Positions 1-14,268 are shown, numbered from the whole stretch's first letter. The stretch: DNA of 63,858 nucleotides, filler included, from Choristocarpus tenellus KU-1152 (GCA_964200185.2; 12 parts of 12 records of this genome joined end to end with filler, not necessarily neighbours in it); one strand, 5' to 3'. Made by a program: numbers and translations. The notes: generated from the sequence alone by a model not told the origin.

Positions 1-355
1 ATGGAGGCAATTGAAGAGGGAGCGGGGGACGATATTGTCATAGAGATACAGCCAGCCAACTCACCTGACCTCAACGTCAACAATTTGGGATTTTTCATTC
101 CTTCCAACAACTGAAGGAATACTTGGGGGTGACAATCACAGAGGAGCTGGTGAAGGCTGCAATGGGGCGATCAATGTGTAACCTGGGGTGACACTAGAAT
201 GCATCCGGCAGAGCCTCTCATACGGCGAAGTGCTGGGGTCCAAGGGTAACGACGTCGTCAAAATTTCTCATGTTAGCATTGAAAAGGCTGAGAAAGCAAG
301 CAAGCTATCCCCAAATGCCCTGATGGATGCAGTGATATACCGAGCTGGAATGTAG
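1..355 (+). pseudogene. Degenerate Tc1/mariner (plant-mariner/DD39D-like) transposase C-terminal fragment
   Basis: Frame 1 reads IVIEIQPANSPDLNVNNLGFF, matching the QPxNSPDLNxxDLGFF motif around the third catalytic Asp of plant/oomycete-type mariner transposases. Frameshifts and stops follow. Confidence 0.8.
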
Positions 356-541
356 TTTTGGAGGGCTTTGGGGGCGGAATCATAGATGGGTGTAGGCTTG
401 TGCATTTGCTTGAGATTTCGGCGGGCAACCTCCTAGTGTCTGCACAATGCACCCACAAAGTATGAACATGCGAAGAAAACCTTGCTTCTTCATGGGGCCT
501 GGAAAAGGTATGTAAATTTAATTCCGAACCGAGGAAGTATA

Positions 542-801
542 GAGCGAAAGTATCTTAGAGGGTACAAGTTCTGCACTGTTTGTCCGTTTGGGGCTTGACT
601 TCCCATGGGGTTCTTAATGATATTTTCCTACTCTGAAATGTTTTGGAATAGGTAAAATGTATACGTTATGAAAAGGTGCGTCCATAACAAGGATAATGAC
701 ACTTGCTAACGAAGACAATAGCCAAAATTACATCAAAACTGCAACATATGGGTTTTGACCCCCATTTGAACACAGTCGTACCCTCTAAGATACGTTGACT
801 A
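542..801. mobile_element. ~260-bp MITE family A (TIR GAGT(G/C)AAAGTATCTTAGAGGGTA), copy 1
   Basis: Terminal inverted repeats at both ends, with ATA on both flanks (539-541, 802-804). Homologous copies at 14008, 19882, 34390, 38257 and 41670. Confidence 0.8.
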
Positions 802-817
802 ATAAAGACTGGAACAA

Positions 818-1500
818 TCACTTCAAACAACTAAAAAGGAGGAAGAACATTTCCAGCTCTGTAAAGATTGTAGATTGTACGGGCAGAAATGATTTGGTGT
901 TATACACACATACGCGAGAGAGACCCAAAGAGAAAGTGCTGGTAAGGTAAGACAATGTCCGCATCATTAGCACGAATATACCCACAAAGGACACTGAAGT
1001 GTTGTCCCACATGCTGGTGCTCCTCCTTCTCTGATCTGGTGGATGTTTGTGGCCGCTCTCTTGATGGCAACAAGGTCCTTGGAGATCACTGCGTCAGATG
1101 TGAACTCCTCAAACACTACATTTTTCACTGCATACAGTGAAGTAGACATTGAACAGGACTGGAGTAAGAACACACCTCTGCCAGAGGCCCTGTCCAACCT
1201 CGACCCAGTCTATACACTCACCATCATCCATGCGAACACAAGCCCTCATACCCACCATGGAATTGACGGATGACAAGAGATCATCTTTACAAGTATGCCA
1301 AAGTTGGCCAGTATAACCCACACAGGAGATAGCAATTAACAGAGTCCGTTTTCTGTAGATCAATAAAACACACACATGAAGAGAGGTACACGCCTTCCCA
1401 GCCAAGCTCTTGGAGGGCACATGCAGTGTACATCATGTCCATAGTGGAGCGTGGGGATTGGAAACCACAGTACCGACTCACAACACAATTAATACTATGC
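818..1500 (-). mobile_element. Degenerate RTE-clade LINE reverse transcriptase fragment
   Basis: Minus-strand pieces CGFQSPRSTMDMM, LQELG, CFIDLQK and GMRACVRMDDGECIDWVEVGQGLWQRCVLTPVLFNVYF match RTE RT motifs. They are spread over several frames with stops. Confidence 0.85.
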
Positions 1501-1796
1501 AAAAAAAGAGAGCTATTCCAATAGAGTCTTCATTATGCTGTATGGATGTATTTATTAGCGGAGTGAGGACAGCCCTCGGTGGTGGGGTCAATTACACTTA
1601 TTCCACTTAGTCAACATTTCTGTTGTCTAGTAGCGGTCACTAAACAGCTATAAACCATATAGACTACCAGCCTATATTGCACAAATACTGTTAATTTATC
1701 ATTTGGTTCTATATTAGTTGAGGACATAATCTCGATCTGTGGTCGAAGGCTACACACATTGCACTACATTTTGTACTGAATACTGACTTCCTCTTC

Positions 1797-1955
1797 TTGC
1801 ACTACAACTATTTGCACTCCCTCCGTTCCTGCCTTGTACCTCTCACATTGGTTTTAGCACTCCCACCTCTCGTCACTTCCTTTCCTCCCTTGAATCTTCT
1901 CCTGGTCTCACCCTGAATTTTTTCCACATTGATCTTGGTCTGGCGTTTTTTGGTA
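1797..1955 (+). mobile_element. Stowaway-like terminal repeat (starts CTCCCTCCGTTCC)
   Basis: Begins with the Stowaway/mariner TIR signature. Similar ~150-bp segments occur at ~13453-13590 and ~61146-61285. Confidence 0.6.
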
Positions 1956-3225
1956 CCCCCTCTCTCTCATAAGTCTATGTTGTTGAGTTGTACCTCTTGG
2001 AGATGACCTTCAATTAGAAAACGGAATTTTGAGGTGGATTCCTTTCTTTGAAATATTCTTAATTATTAACACCAAAATCCCAAGAATTGCACAAAATATT
2101 TACGTTCCGAAATGGCTCCGAAAGAATGGGACACAGAATGGGGAATATTCAGCTCATTTTTTACCGGTGGTGGTGAAGGTTGGAGCCGTTCATCCTTCTC
2201 ACAACCACGGTACACACTTGAGCACACACCTATCGAACAGTCCTCTATATCAACAGTTACTGTAACAGGATATCAACATTCAATGATTTGAGTTTTCTGC
2301 ATCCCTGAAGAAAAGGTTTGGGCGGAGTGTTACGGCACTGTTGATGACCTTGTAGAGGGAGTCAAGAGCATGTTCCACTTGTACGACGTAAACACGCCCA
2401 AATGTGTGTGTAGAATATGTTTAGGAGGTACAGTCAGGTGTTAAGAGTGCTGGGGGAAAACCATTTCGAGGTAGAGCACATGGGGACCAAAAAAGGCAAT
2501 CATTAATGGGAGGACGGATTTGGCTCGAGTGGTCGAGGTAGACCAATTCACCTATAACGGCATACATATTTATAAAATTTGTATTACACGATGAAGAAAA
2601 TTCTAAGGAATCCAACGCAAAAATCTGTTTTGAAATCGCAGGTCATCTCGAAGAACTACAACTTAATGGCACCGACCTATCTAATGGGGTCATAGAGTCC
2701 AAGTATACAATCTGTTGTACTTCTCACCATGTGGAACAACACTACTATGATCGAAAACAGATTTTCAGAAGATGTCTGATCTTCTTGGAGGGATTCAAAC
2801 CCAATAAATTGATGTCAGGCACACCATCGTCTCAACTGTTACCTCCAAAGACGTTTATAATGCAGGTTAGAATGAGTGAACTTAAAAATGAGAGTAGTAG
2901 TAAGTAGAAGAAGTAGTTGTTAAATATATAGAAAGATGCCTCTCAAGTCAAAAAGTAATTTCTTTCCCAATACATTATTGTCATTATGAGGCTTCAAGTG
3001 AATAATGCATCACGGTTGAACTCTGGATGAAGAACATCTCAACTTCGGACTTGAATTTATTCGAGATCCTCGAGTTAGCGAGAACACATTAAGTTAGGGT
3101 GCCCTTTTCCCTTGCGGTATCCTACTTCGAACCACAGCTACAGTACGCTTCAACTGCTTCCACTGTCCCTATCCTAAGTTATTCTAGGCCATATTATCAT
3201 AAACTCCACAGGTTATTTGTGTGAA

Positions 3226-6200
3226 ATGAACCATCGTATGCAAGGGGTGCTGTTGATGCTGAATTGCTGGTGGTCCCCATTCACAGCACACCAAGAAACA
3301 CCTGTGTTCAGAGGAACTACAGTCGCTTTCTCGCCGCCGCCAAATACTTGGCCCGGTGTAGTTCCTCCCAAAAACAGGGCAATCATGTGAGTATAGTCGA
3401 GATAGACAATGGGAGGCATCGCCCAGTTACGTTTAGATTTAACAATTCAATGCCGCTGTTGATATGCTCACTGCGAAGAGTGCTTTCATATGATCCTCCT
3501 TCTCATAGCAATGTTCTGAAGTATCATCGCCCAGTTACGTTTAGATTTAACACTTCAATGCCGCTGTTGATATGCTCACTGCGAAGAGTGCTTTCATATG
3601 ATCCTCCTTCTCATAGCAATGTTCTGAAGTATCAACTGACTTGCAGGTCCTCAACGCATCTTCCAAGACATGTCTTTTCTGCTTGGAAGGAAAAGGTGTG
3701 GGTGGAGGAAAAAACGAAAAACATGCGCCGCGCAGCTTGCAGTGCAGGGGAAGGTAAGACCCCTCGTTAATCCTAGGTTTTGAAGATACGGTGAGCTGAG
3801 GTGGCTGGTGCCCTAAGTCCTTCCTTCAACATGATGTTCGTCGGCGCGACAGAGGTCAACCATGACAAAGAAGGATTTGTGGAAAGTCTACCCTCAGGCA
3901 TCATTCGCTGCTGGCACAAAGGACTGTGACTCAGCTCTTTTTCTGCCCAGCAATCCTGAAACCCGTGCTGTGCCCTACATTATGTATGTTGGACTTCTTC
4001 CCTGAAAAACTGGACTCCATTTCCACAAGTCGTGCCTGGCCACCTCTATCATGAGAAAACCAGTTCGTTTGACTCTTATTCCCATCCCCCCATTCGAAAA
4101 AAACAGGAATGAAGGAAAACTTACCGAAACAGGTGCACTTGGCCATGCCGGTCGAAGTTATGTCCTTCGATCTTGATGACACTCTGTGGTCGACCAAGTG
4201 AGTTAAGGATGAGACTTCGGGCCGGCTGATTCTCACATAACCCCTTCCTCCAAGGAGGATACCCTAGCTTTGTGACTCTGTGGCTATGTGTTTGGTAGTT
4301 TTAAGGCTTTTGGTTTGGATTACAATATTTGACATTGTTTGCATGATCTTATCCTCTATCAACATACCCTTTACTTCAACATTCAACGTGATATATTTCT
4401 GGTGAGAGAACCCTTCCCGTGACTTTATTTTCTTTGTGGGAAAGAACTATACTCATGTGGAAACTGAGGTGTTTTTGCTTGTTTCATGGTAGGTACAAAT
4501 GTGAACTGATCATCACCCGTGGACTCTACCCTTGCTCAGTGACAAGATACCCTTATCCTACGGAGCAGGCATGGAATGCTACGTTTGATATCAATCAAAC
4601 TTCATCCCAACCTCTTACAAGGCTCCCTTTTCATGTACATCCCAGACTTCATTCTCTCCCATTCCAGGGCCTATGTTTCAGCCCTCTTTAGCTGACAATT
4701 GCTGCATAAATGCATTCTCCATCCTGTACTGTCCCTTCAAATATCACCTCCCAGCAAGTTTTGTCCTTGGCATTGACCATGCCACTCTCTTTTCGTCAAG
4801 CATCACATAGATATATGTCCAACTTGAGATGAAGAATGCACTGCACACTGTGGATAGAGTCTCGCAAAATGATTTTCCTGTAGTGTGTGCATGGATATCT
4901 CAGCTCTAAGAGGAATATACGTTCCAAATTCAGATTCTAGAGCCCAGGACTTTTTTTTGTCTTGGAGGGTGCTGAGAAATCAACAATAGCCTGAATTACG
5001 TCATTTTTTTCCCCGCTGCGAATATATTGCCACTGCACATCCATTAACAGTACACTCGTCGCATTAAAGATCATGTTGTCCATATGCATGGCACAATCAC
5101 AATATTTATACCACGGACATACAGAGAGGAGCAAGCTTACACTCAACCTCCACCCTCCTTCCCTTGTCCATTTTCCAATAGAGGCGTGATCAGTGCAGCC
5201 AATTCAGCACTGCAGTCTCATTTGGAGGAAAACCACCCGGTGTTGGTGGAAGGTGTTGCTGTGTACAACCTCATGAAGGAGATATGGAAAGAAAAGGTGC
5301 GCCCTTCTTGGGTACTCAACAAAATACAGCACATAATCAATGATGCTATCGCACAAGTTTTGGAACCCCCCAAACTTTCCTTGCCTGACCAGATGTCACT
5401 CAATTGTGACCCTTGCACTGGCTGGACATTTCATACACAGATGCCCTGATGTCTATGCTTGAAAAATACTGTGAGGCGTTCATTGTGGTACCCCATCCCC
5501 ACTCACGACTGAAGTCCTCCTTTTGACAGGGGATGTAAGGAGATTGATAGCATGATATGACCCTGAAAGAAACCAATGAGGGTATGATGTATTTTAGGTT
5601 CTACTATCAGTGATGTGCATTAATGTCCTGCGCAATGTTAATCTACAAAACAATCATATCTATTCTCCCCCCCCTCCTCTCTCTCGTTAATCATGTAGAG
5701 AGCAGAGGACCCAAAGCTGGGAAAAGATCCCATCAACCTTACGGAGTTAAGGAAAGCTGGACTGAGGCGGGCATGTGACCTTGCAGGGGAAGATCCAAGG
5801 GCAATTGTAGAGCCGAGCTTCAAGCTCTGGTGGCAAGAGCGCCACAACGTGGAGCGGCACCTATTTCCAGGAGTGCTGGAGACTTTATCTGCATTGAAGG
5901 CGCGGGGGGTGAGGCTGATAGCAATCACGAATGGAAATGCCGACACGGACCACATTGACTGTCTCAAGGATTTTTTCGAGTTCTGCGTCATGGCAGAGCA
6001 GGTGTGTTGTTCTCGGAGACGTTGGTAAATGCGATGTGTAGCGTGAGAGAGTGTCCCTCTTTGTAGGTGTGACAATTGATGTGTGTGTATGTGCGTTGTT
6101 TTTGCTCTCAGTTTTGTCGTAGTAAGAGTATTCCATTTATTAGTGAACCTTTTCGTTTTTGACACACTGCTTAGGGTGAGACTGGTGGAGGTTTGTTTTG

Positions 6201-7956
6201 TTGGCCCTGAAACCAAGGACGAGTATACCTGTGAATGTGTCATATGCAGCTGTCCACTGGTTGTATCCCGTTACTATTTCACACTCGAGGGAGATGTCAT
6301 GGTTGTGAAAGTGCAGACATGTTTATGAAACATCTCCCTTGGGGGCATACTCTCCACTGTTTACACAATGACAAGTCTTTGCCACACACTTCAAGGGGAC
6401 ATCCCGTAAGAAAAATGTGTTGTCGATATTTTCAGCTGCACCTCTGAGTTCCGCCAAGCTTGTTGATGATAATGACAGTAACAACAGCATGGGGATTTTT
6501 CAAAGCATGACTCGAAAACAGTTACACGAAAATGAGATGACTAAAAATTTATCAAAATAGTCGGGGCAATTACATCCAGTTACCGTACCATAATGCCTTT
6601 CACCTACTTAGAATTTGTATTGTTCCTCTAGTAATGGCCAATGACATTAGGCATACTTCTATTCTTTCCCCCTCAACAGTCGTTACACCCTCGCTGCAAT
6701 GAAAAGGTGGGTGAGCGTAAGCCAGGGCTGGGGCCATTTATGGAGGCAGTCCGAAGGGCTGGCTATGCTTCTGTGAATGATGTGGGGGCGGAGTGGGTGC
6801 ATGTGGGGGATGACATCACATCAGACTGTGTTGGGGCAAAGGGAATGCAAATGCGAACAATCTTGGTATCCCCCCCTGGGGGGGCAAGCTGGCCGGCAGC
6901 GGAGGATGTTGGCGTGACAGAATTGGTGAGCTTCTTGCCCTGCACTGCCTCATGCTGTCTATGTGTTTCCACAGTGCTGTGTCAAGAGATCTTGTCTCAT
7001 TTGAGGTACTCAACGTTTTTGTTATCATGTCCTTATGGTTACCCTGGTGGCTCCCTGCTAGGTGTGGTGTATCAATCCTTCCTCAGGAGGGAGTGATACT
7101 TGGGATGTTCTTGTTTGGGGTAGTGTAGTTTTTTGTTGGGAGGATATGTAATGGTCTACAATGGTTTGTGGACTTATTCCTATGTCATTTGGTGTAGACT
7201 CAGTGACTGTGTAATTATCTCTCTCGTCTGTTCAAGTGTGTGAAAAAAAGCCTTGTTTTGATGAGAACCAAGTATATTGACTGTCTGGATGATGTACAAC
7301 CCACTTCAGCATACTCATGATGTGGCGATGTTCTCGTATCGTTAACACATACTCCCCCACAGCACACAAGGCAAGTGTTGGAATGAAATGGTCTGTTGAT
7401 GTAGACCAGGAGGCACACTTTGTATTGGGAGATGTATTTTCACCGAAGAGTGGGATAGATTTGGGAGTACTAAAGTAATGCGAAATATTTATCGTTTTGA
7501 TAACAGGATTGACTAGGTAGGAAACATTCCCAGGCAAGTACTACCTACTAGGTCAATTTCATCAAAACACATACACACAAACATGTATATGAGTCATCCA
7601 TCCCTTTGATGCAGAAACCTTTTTTGTATATTTCCTTTTACCACCTTAAGGCAATGGAAATATGCATGTTGAATATTGTTTTGAGTGTGAGAAAGGTTGA
7701 TGTTGATGTCGCCTTTTGGATTTCTACTCCACTCGTTTTGTCCTTCCCCGTCTCTTCTAGGCAATAGGATCCCAACCACTTCCTCTGATACGTGCCATCC
7801 CCTGTTACGTTTGTGTTTTTTTATGTGGCACATATGGAATTTATTGCTACATTTGTTGGACAGGTTTCCCCAGATGTCGTTGATGTAGAAGCCAATTGTA
7901 TCAGTGACATTCCAGGCTTGGTGGACAAATGGATGCATGAACACTTTGAGCGGTAA
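3226..7956 (+). CDS. HAD-superfamily hydrolase (subfamily IA, YigB/NANP-like), 7 exons, with N-terminal extension
   Basis: Exons 3226-3386, 3647-3753, 4107-4197, 5182-5296, 5699-6001, 6707-6925 and 7864-7956 join in frame at GT-AG sites. All HAD motifs are present: FDLDDTLW, ITNGN, KP and HVGDDITSDCVGAK. Stop TAA at 7954-7956. The first two exons are less certain. Confidence 0.88.
3417..3632. repeat. Near-perfect 108-bp tandem duplication in HAD intron 1
   Basis: 3417-3524 is repeated at 3525-3632. Confidence 0.95.
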
Positions 7957-10229
7957 AGAATCCAAGAGCTATGCTGATTATGTCAGCATTTGATATCTCT
8001 ATGAAGGGGTATGCAGCTAAAGCAAATCCCACCATTGGGAACCAGACACATAGTAAGAAGATTTTGACCAAGCTTTGGGAAGGGTTCCCACCGATGGCTA
8101 AGTTTTGTTGCCTCTCAGGGACCTCACAGGTTTTGGAAGGGTCATTGCTCTGAATTTAGGTCAGGAGAGCTACAACTGAGAGAGATGAGATGTGTAGCAA
8201 CAGTGGAAGTAAATAGATTTAGCGTATGGATGCCTAACAATTTTTTTTCTTCTTGAGTGTTGGACCCACCAAAGTGGCTGGTATAAGGGACTACAACAGC
8301 TGTGTAGTAGTAGATTCATTAGAGTTTTGTTGCTGAATCTACTTAAGAGCAAAGTTTTAAAGCTCTGGTGGGGAATTTACCAAATTGCAACTAATGTGAG
8401 TTTAAAAAAAGTTGATTGGGTATTGAGATCTGACGTGGTCGCACTATTTAAGTACTCAGCACTACGTAGTAATTAGATGATATGGAGTACAACTTGCGAG
8501 TAATAGACGAATAAATAGCATGATGTGTATGGTCTACTGTACCTAGAGATCCTCTCAAAAATGAACAAGCTTTCTTCTGTGTCCACCTGTGGAGGAGGTG
8601 CCTCTGTAGGTGAACAAAAAGTGAATTTCACTCCAGGTGTTATGCTGATTTTGGTGCAATGCTTGAGCTTCTGAAAAATAAACTTCATTGCCTCTCAATA
8701 CATAAACTGCATTGCGTTATGGTGTATTAGTCCAGAGGTTAACTGCTTTCAAGAACTGTGGTGGTGCGTGGTAGATGAGTAGTAGTAGTGCACATATGAA
8801 CAGAGAGAGGTAGATGATCGAGGACCTACGAACAAGAAATAATTTGATAAACGAAATTCTACAAATCAACGATTGCAATGGCCTTTCTGGTCACGGATGT
8901 ATGTACCAAAACATAAGATTGGAATACCTTGTCAGGTTTCCGAGAAGATTCAAAGTATAACTCTTGGAACTCTCTTGCCAATTACGGTATTAATAGTGGA
9001 ATATTGGCAATTGTTGTAAGACCAAGTTTGTGACTCAGAGTCATGAGACGCGTACACAATTTCCTTCACCGTCCTGGACTTTCGAGGTCCGTGGATGTCT
9101 TCTGCTTCTACGGCGATGGTATGGAATTTGTGGTGACCCTTAATCCAAATGACCAATGTTTAAGTTGTATGAGATGTACACACAATTCCTCTCACCGTCC
9201 TAATCTTTAGAGGTCCGCGGATGTCTTCTCCTTCTACGTCGATGGTGTGGAATTTGTGGCGACCCTTGATCCAAAATGGCCAATGTTGAAGTTGTGGATG
9301 TTGAGGACCTTGTGGAGATGAAATCGCGCGATAGTCTCACGCGCGGTTTAAAGGGAAGGTAGGAAAAGAAAAAGAATCTCAAGAATCACGGGTGGTGTGT
9401 TTGTGTGGGCTGCACTGGTTGTGTGCTGATTGAGGGCGTGAACTGCCTGGACCTTATTCCCCTTCAATTGCAGGGTAGTAGAGGGGGCGTACTGTGCTAA
9501 GATCATCTCTGGGGCTGCGCTGGGATTAAGCAGGTGTAATAGGGCCTCGACTTGAGGACCTATATACTCTGAGAGAGCGAGTTAGGTGCAGTTTGAGTCC
9601 TTGTAGGGAAGCGTAACGAGTGAGGCGGAGTGTTTGCGCAGGAGCTCCTCCCGATCGAATGGTAAGGAATGTGAAAATAGTGAGAGTGGGAAGTATGATG
9701 TTATCTCTCTTCTAAGAGAAGATGATGTCAGACTGTGACCATATTGGTCTGTGCCAACAACGCACACGTGTGGTGCCCCGTATGTCATGTGTGTGGGCGG
9801 CCTATTGCCTAGGCGCAGTTATATAACTGAACCTGACTCACTGTATTCGAAGTGGTCAATTTCTCCTCTGTTACAGAAGTGGAAAGGGTACTAGCGAGGG
9901 TTGGGACTTAGGATGTTCATGTGGCAAGAGGTTAACAGTTTTGTAGAAGTTGCATGGATGGCGGTCCACTCGAAATACCCGCAGTAGCAGAATACACCAA
10001 AGTATTCTCAAACACTTTATGCTACCACCAATGTCTAGTTACACCTAGTGGAATTTCTATTTTATCCTCACTCGTAACCAGGTAAAGCCCTGACTACAGC
10101 TGGTGAGGAAGGGGGGGGTCGTCCCGCCAGGGGGAGGTGCGGGCGAGGGCAGGGTGAGAGTTAGCCGGATTCTTGCTGCTAGTTTGTTCCAGGGATATAA
10201 CCATCGGCACCCACGGGCTGAAGCCCGGG

Positions 10230-12830
10230 ATGAGTGCAGATGACGGAACAACGGTAAAGGAGGCACCACCCGCACGGGACGGTATGGCTACCGCCAAAGC
10301 TAGCTCGGGGAGTCCTGGGGGGGGCAGGGTAGAGGATATCCCGAAGCAGTTGGAAGGAATTAATCTTCTCAGCGCTCTGAAGAAGCAGGTGCGATGCGTG
10401 GGATGGTGCTTGGGCCTCAAGACATATGCACGAGTATGGATGGGAGTGACTGGACAGAGTGACTACAGAGAGTGTCAGTCCCAATATAATGTATTTGATC
10501 CGAATGCCTATCACTAGTTTGGAGTGAAGTAGAGAGTTCAACTGCTCTGTAAACTTTGCTGTCACTTGGATGGTCTAATAGCAATTCATTGGTCATGCGA
10601 GATTCCGATTTAGCAGTATTGCATTATAGTTGTAAGCCCATTTGGTGTTCAAGACTAAGGAATGTGCTACAAGCAAGGCTCAGCTTTATTTGACAGAGCA
10701 CTATTATCTCTAACGAGTCTATACAGCAATGAAGGCAACAGGGCTAGAATCCTGGCTGCAAAAAGGCACATCTGTTGCCCTTCAAATGTGTGTTTATCCA
10801 TAATGCGTCAAGCAATGTGCCTCTATAGTAGTCATGAGTCCCAATACTTGACCTCCTACATAGACATACCTGTGGATACATCTTCATAATGATACTGATT
10901 CTTGAAATTTTCGTGTTGGACATTTGGGACCGCCTTCCTGTGAAGGTGGAACAAATTGTACTGGTCTGTCACAGGTCAGGTGGATGTGATCCTTCCATGG
11001 ACCTTGGTTTGCCTGCCCCACGCCATTGGTCAGATGAATAGATTGCTGTATTGCAACTAGCCCTTAACGTTGTATATCCATACAACATACCATTCTGTCC
11101 CTCCCCACCCATTCCCCCCCCCCCGATGCACACATGTTCAAAGGTGGAATTCTACTTCTCTCGCCAGAACCTCCAGACAGATGGTTTCTTGGTATCCCAG
11201 ATGAATGCGCAAATGTGTGTTCCAGTGTCGGTCATCGCTCAGTTCCACAAGATCCAAGCTCTCACGTCCGACCAGGCACTGATTGTGGAGAGCGTGAAGA
11301 ATTCGACAGTTTGCAGCATTACGCCGGATGGAATCAAACCCAACATCAAACAGGAGCGCAGCACTATCATCCTCCGGGAGATCCCCTCCAACACTCCTCA
11401 AGAGAAGGTGGGTGGAATTGGAATGGGAAAGGAGGAAGGGAATTTTTTCAGGAATTGTTCTGGTGTGTGTGTGTGAAAGGAGGGGGGTGGGGGGTGGGGC
11501 GGAATTTGTTTTGGTAGGGTGTTTTGTAGGGTTTTGAATGCTGAATAAATGTGGGCATACAAAGAGATCAATACGGTTGACGTTGAAAGAAATGTGTTTT
11601 TTGATTGAATAGTGTTGGGATTTTGTTTGAATGTAGGGATGGCATGCTGAAGTACTGATAATTGCCTGTCTGCATGCATAGTGCGATTGTTTAGTTTAAC
11701 AACAGTGCCGCCTGTAGTACAGCCTTAGATAGCTCACCATCATATTTTTATTTTTAAGATTGCCGCCGAGATTATTTTGTGGAATGGTGTGTGCCTTGCA
11801 TACTCAGTGTGTGTCTGATGGTGAGAGTGTAGATTGCAAGAGTGTTCTTAAGATGTACCAGGAATGTAAATTTGAGAACAATTTCTTGCATTCATGATAT
11901 TTGTTTGTAGCGTACTGTTTAATTTGACCTAGCTAATAAGAATACTGGTTTGGGTTAACATGTTGAGGTGCAGGAGGCAGGCGAAGGAGCTTGAAGGTGT
12001 GAAATTAGCAGTTTTTAATTATTGTAGAATTGTGTTTTCTTCACAGTGCTTGTCCAGTAAAACCAAAATGTGCTAATAACCATGACACAAGCTGTGAAAC
12101 CCTCTGATGTCCTCATTTCCAACTCTGTGTGTGCAAACAACCACAACTTGGGCATGTACCTGACCTTGTGTTCAGCATGCTCATTCCCCACACAACCCAC
12201 TCAGTGCTCATCTCTTCTGTGTACTGCTCCTGCCCCAACCTTAACTGTTAACTTTCCTGCTGACACACACTGCCCCCCCCCCTCCACAACTTGCCCCCCT
12301 GCCCCTCTCCACACCCTTTGTTACCTCATTCCTAAATGATTGTTTCCCAGGTGCGTGAGATATTTACTGGGGAGGGTGTAGCGCCGATCAAGGCAATCCG
12401 CAGTGACGTTGGGGACACATGGTTTGTGACCATGGACTCTGAGGACAATGCCATGTCCACTATCCTTGCTCTCAGGGGAAAAACCTTTGATGGCAAGCCC
12501 ATCAAGGCCAGACTCAAGAGCGAGAACCTTTTAAGATCGTTCTTTCCGGTGCCCACAGCATCAGAGGTTCAACCAACAGCTGCTGCTGCAGCTGCAGCAC
12601 CCTATGCCATGGGTCCTGGGGGGGGAATGCCTGGCATGCCTTATGGTATGGGTGCAATGGGACCAATGATGAATGGGCCACCAACAGCATATGGGTACCC
12701 GGGCCAAGGTGCCAGGGGAATGTATGGAGGAAGAGGGGGCGGTGGGATGATGATGCAAGGCCCAGGCCCTGCTGGGGGAATACCTGGACGCTATGGGATG
12801 CAGCAAGGCATGCAACAGCAACAGCAGGGG
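10230..12830 (+). CDS. LARP4: La-related protein 4-like RNA-binding protein (La motif + RRM), 3' partial
   Basis: Exons 10230-10388, 11144-11407 and 12351 to the contig end. La motif LKKQ/VEFYFSRQNLQTDGFL; LARP4-type RRM IILREIP...WFVTM...FDGKPIKARLK; then a G/M/Q-rich low-complexity tail. Confidence 0.85.
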
Positions 12831-12930
12831 NNNNNNNNNNNNNNNNNNNNNNNNNNNNNNNNNNNNNNNNNNNNTTAATTAATTAANNNNNNNNNNNNNN
12901 NNNNNNNNNNNNNNNNNNNNNNNNNNNNNN
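12831..12930. other. Artificial contig linker (44N-TTAATTAATTAA-44N)
   Basis: Identical 100-bp spacers start at 12831, 15888, 24803, 30514, 33449, 36586, 41088, 44977, 48976, 55236 and 59589. The 12-mer puts stops in all six frames. Confidence 0.98.
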
Positions 12931-14007
12931 CATAGTGCAGCAACGTTGGATGAACCCACTGAACAACAACTGGATTTAGGGGGTGGGGGGGGGGGTTGAT
13001 TAAATGGCGAAAGTAAGATGATCTCTGTACAAGGGTGCTGAAGGCGACGGGAGCAATATGTATACTGTGTGTTTGAGCTATCTATGATCCGGCATGTGCA
13101 GTACTACAATAGAGTTCCAGCCGAGATGCTTAAGGTGGGCATGGCAAGCACCAGGAAATCACGTTGGACTAAGTATCTTGTGGATGTTGTCATGGAGAGG
13201 ACAAGAAGCAAGATACAAGGCAGGGAATGCTGTAATATAAAACAGAACAAACCATTTTTCGGCTTAACATTGCATTTTGAATTCAACATTGTTTTCAACT
13301 TCAACATCAGAATCTACATTGGTTAAATACTTTCGTATTATTTATTTAATTTTTGTCTCATCATAGGGGATGATCCCGACAAGTGGTCGGAGGTACTAAA
13401 ACATTCCACAACTTATCATATTATACACCAACTATGACACTACAACTAGTTGTACTGCCTCCGTTCCTGGTTTCCTTCTCGCGTGTTGAGTTCAGCACTC
13501 CCATTGCTCCTCTCCTCCCTCGAATCTCCTGCCAGATCCTCCCAAAAGATTTTGCACCTTGATCTTAGTCCTTCATTTTTTGTGGTATTGTTACAGACGA
13601 ATGGCACAAGCATTTCTTTCTGCATGCCAAAATGCGCGAAAAGTATACATACGTAAGAATTAATATAAGAGGAATTTTGAATCGGTAGACGATGCAGAGT
13701 AAGATTCGAAATGCATACATAATCTTACAGAGTAGATGTCAATTCCTGAAAGTTGCAGAATAAAGATTCATGATTGGAGTATTTACACAGCAGTTTGCAG
13801 ACTTCATTTAACTCTTTGGCTGTAGAAATACGGTTAATGATGTCAATAAAAGGCTGAGTTGTTGACCACACGACTCAGTTCTTTGATCCTTACCCTCTTT
13901 TGATAAAGCGAGAAGCGAGACATTGACTGAGCTAAGCATCAACTGACACCATACGTGGTCATCATCTGTGAACCCCTGCATATAGGGTCGTTTTAAGGTT
14001 GTTGGAT

Positions 14008-14268
14008 GAGTGAAAGTATCTTAGAGAATACGAGTTTTGCCCTGTTTGTCCATTTGGGGCTTGGCTTCCCATGGGATTTTTATGATGTTTTGCCTACTCC
14101 AAAATGTTTCGGAGTAGGTAATATGTATATATTATGAAATGGTGTGTCCGGAACAAGGATACTGACACTTCCTAACAAATACGACAGATAAAATTATATA
14201 GAAATCGCAACATTGGATTTTGGCCCCCCAAATGGACGCGGCCCTACCCTCTAAAGATACTTTGACTC
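14008..14268. mobile_element. MITE family A, copy 2
   Basis: Both TIRs are present. Flanks are GGAT/GGAT. Confidence 0.85.

Noticed and set aside
3264-3770. 168-aa ORF with an internal peptide repeat
   Set aside because: It is read-through of the 108-bp duplication in HAD intron 1.
5638-6243. 201-aa minus-strand ORF (also 26193-26615 and 56557-57091)
   Set aside because: Antisense shadows of real exons or repeat-derived open frames.
12831-12930. Regularly recurring palindrome TTAATTAATTAA
   Set aside because: Always centred in 88 Ns. It is an artificial joining linker, so adjacency across it (including contigs 4 and 5) is not evidence of linkage.
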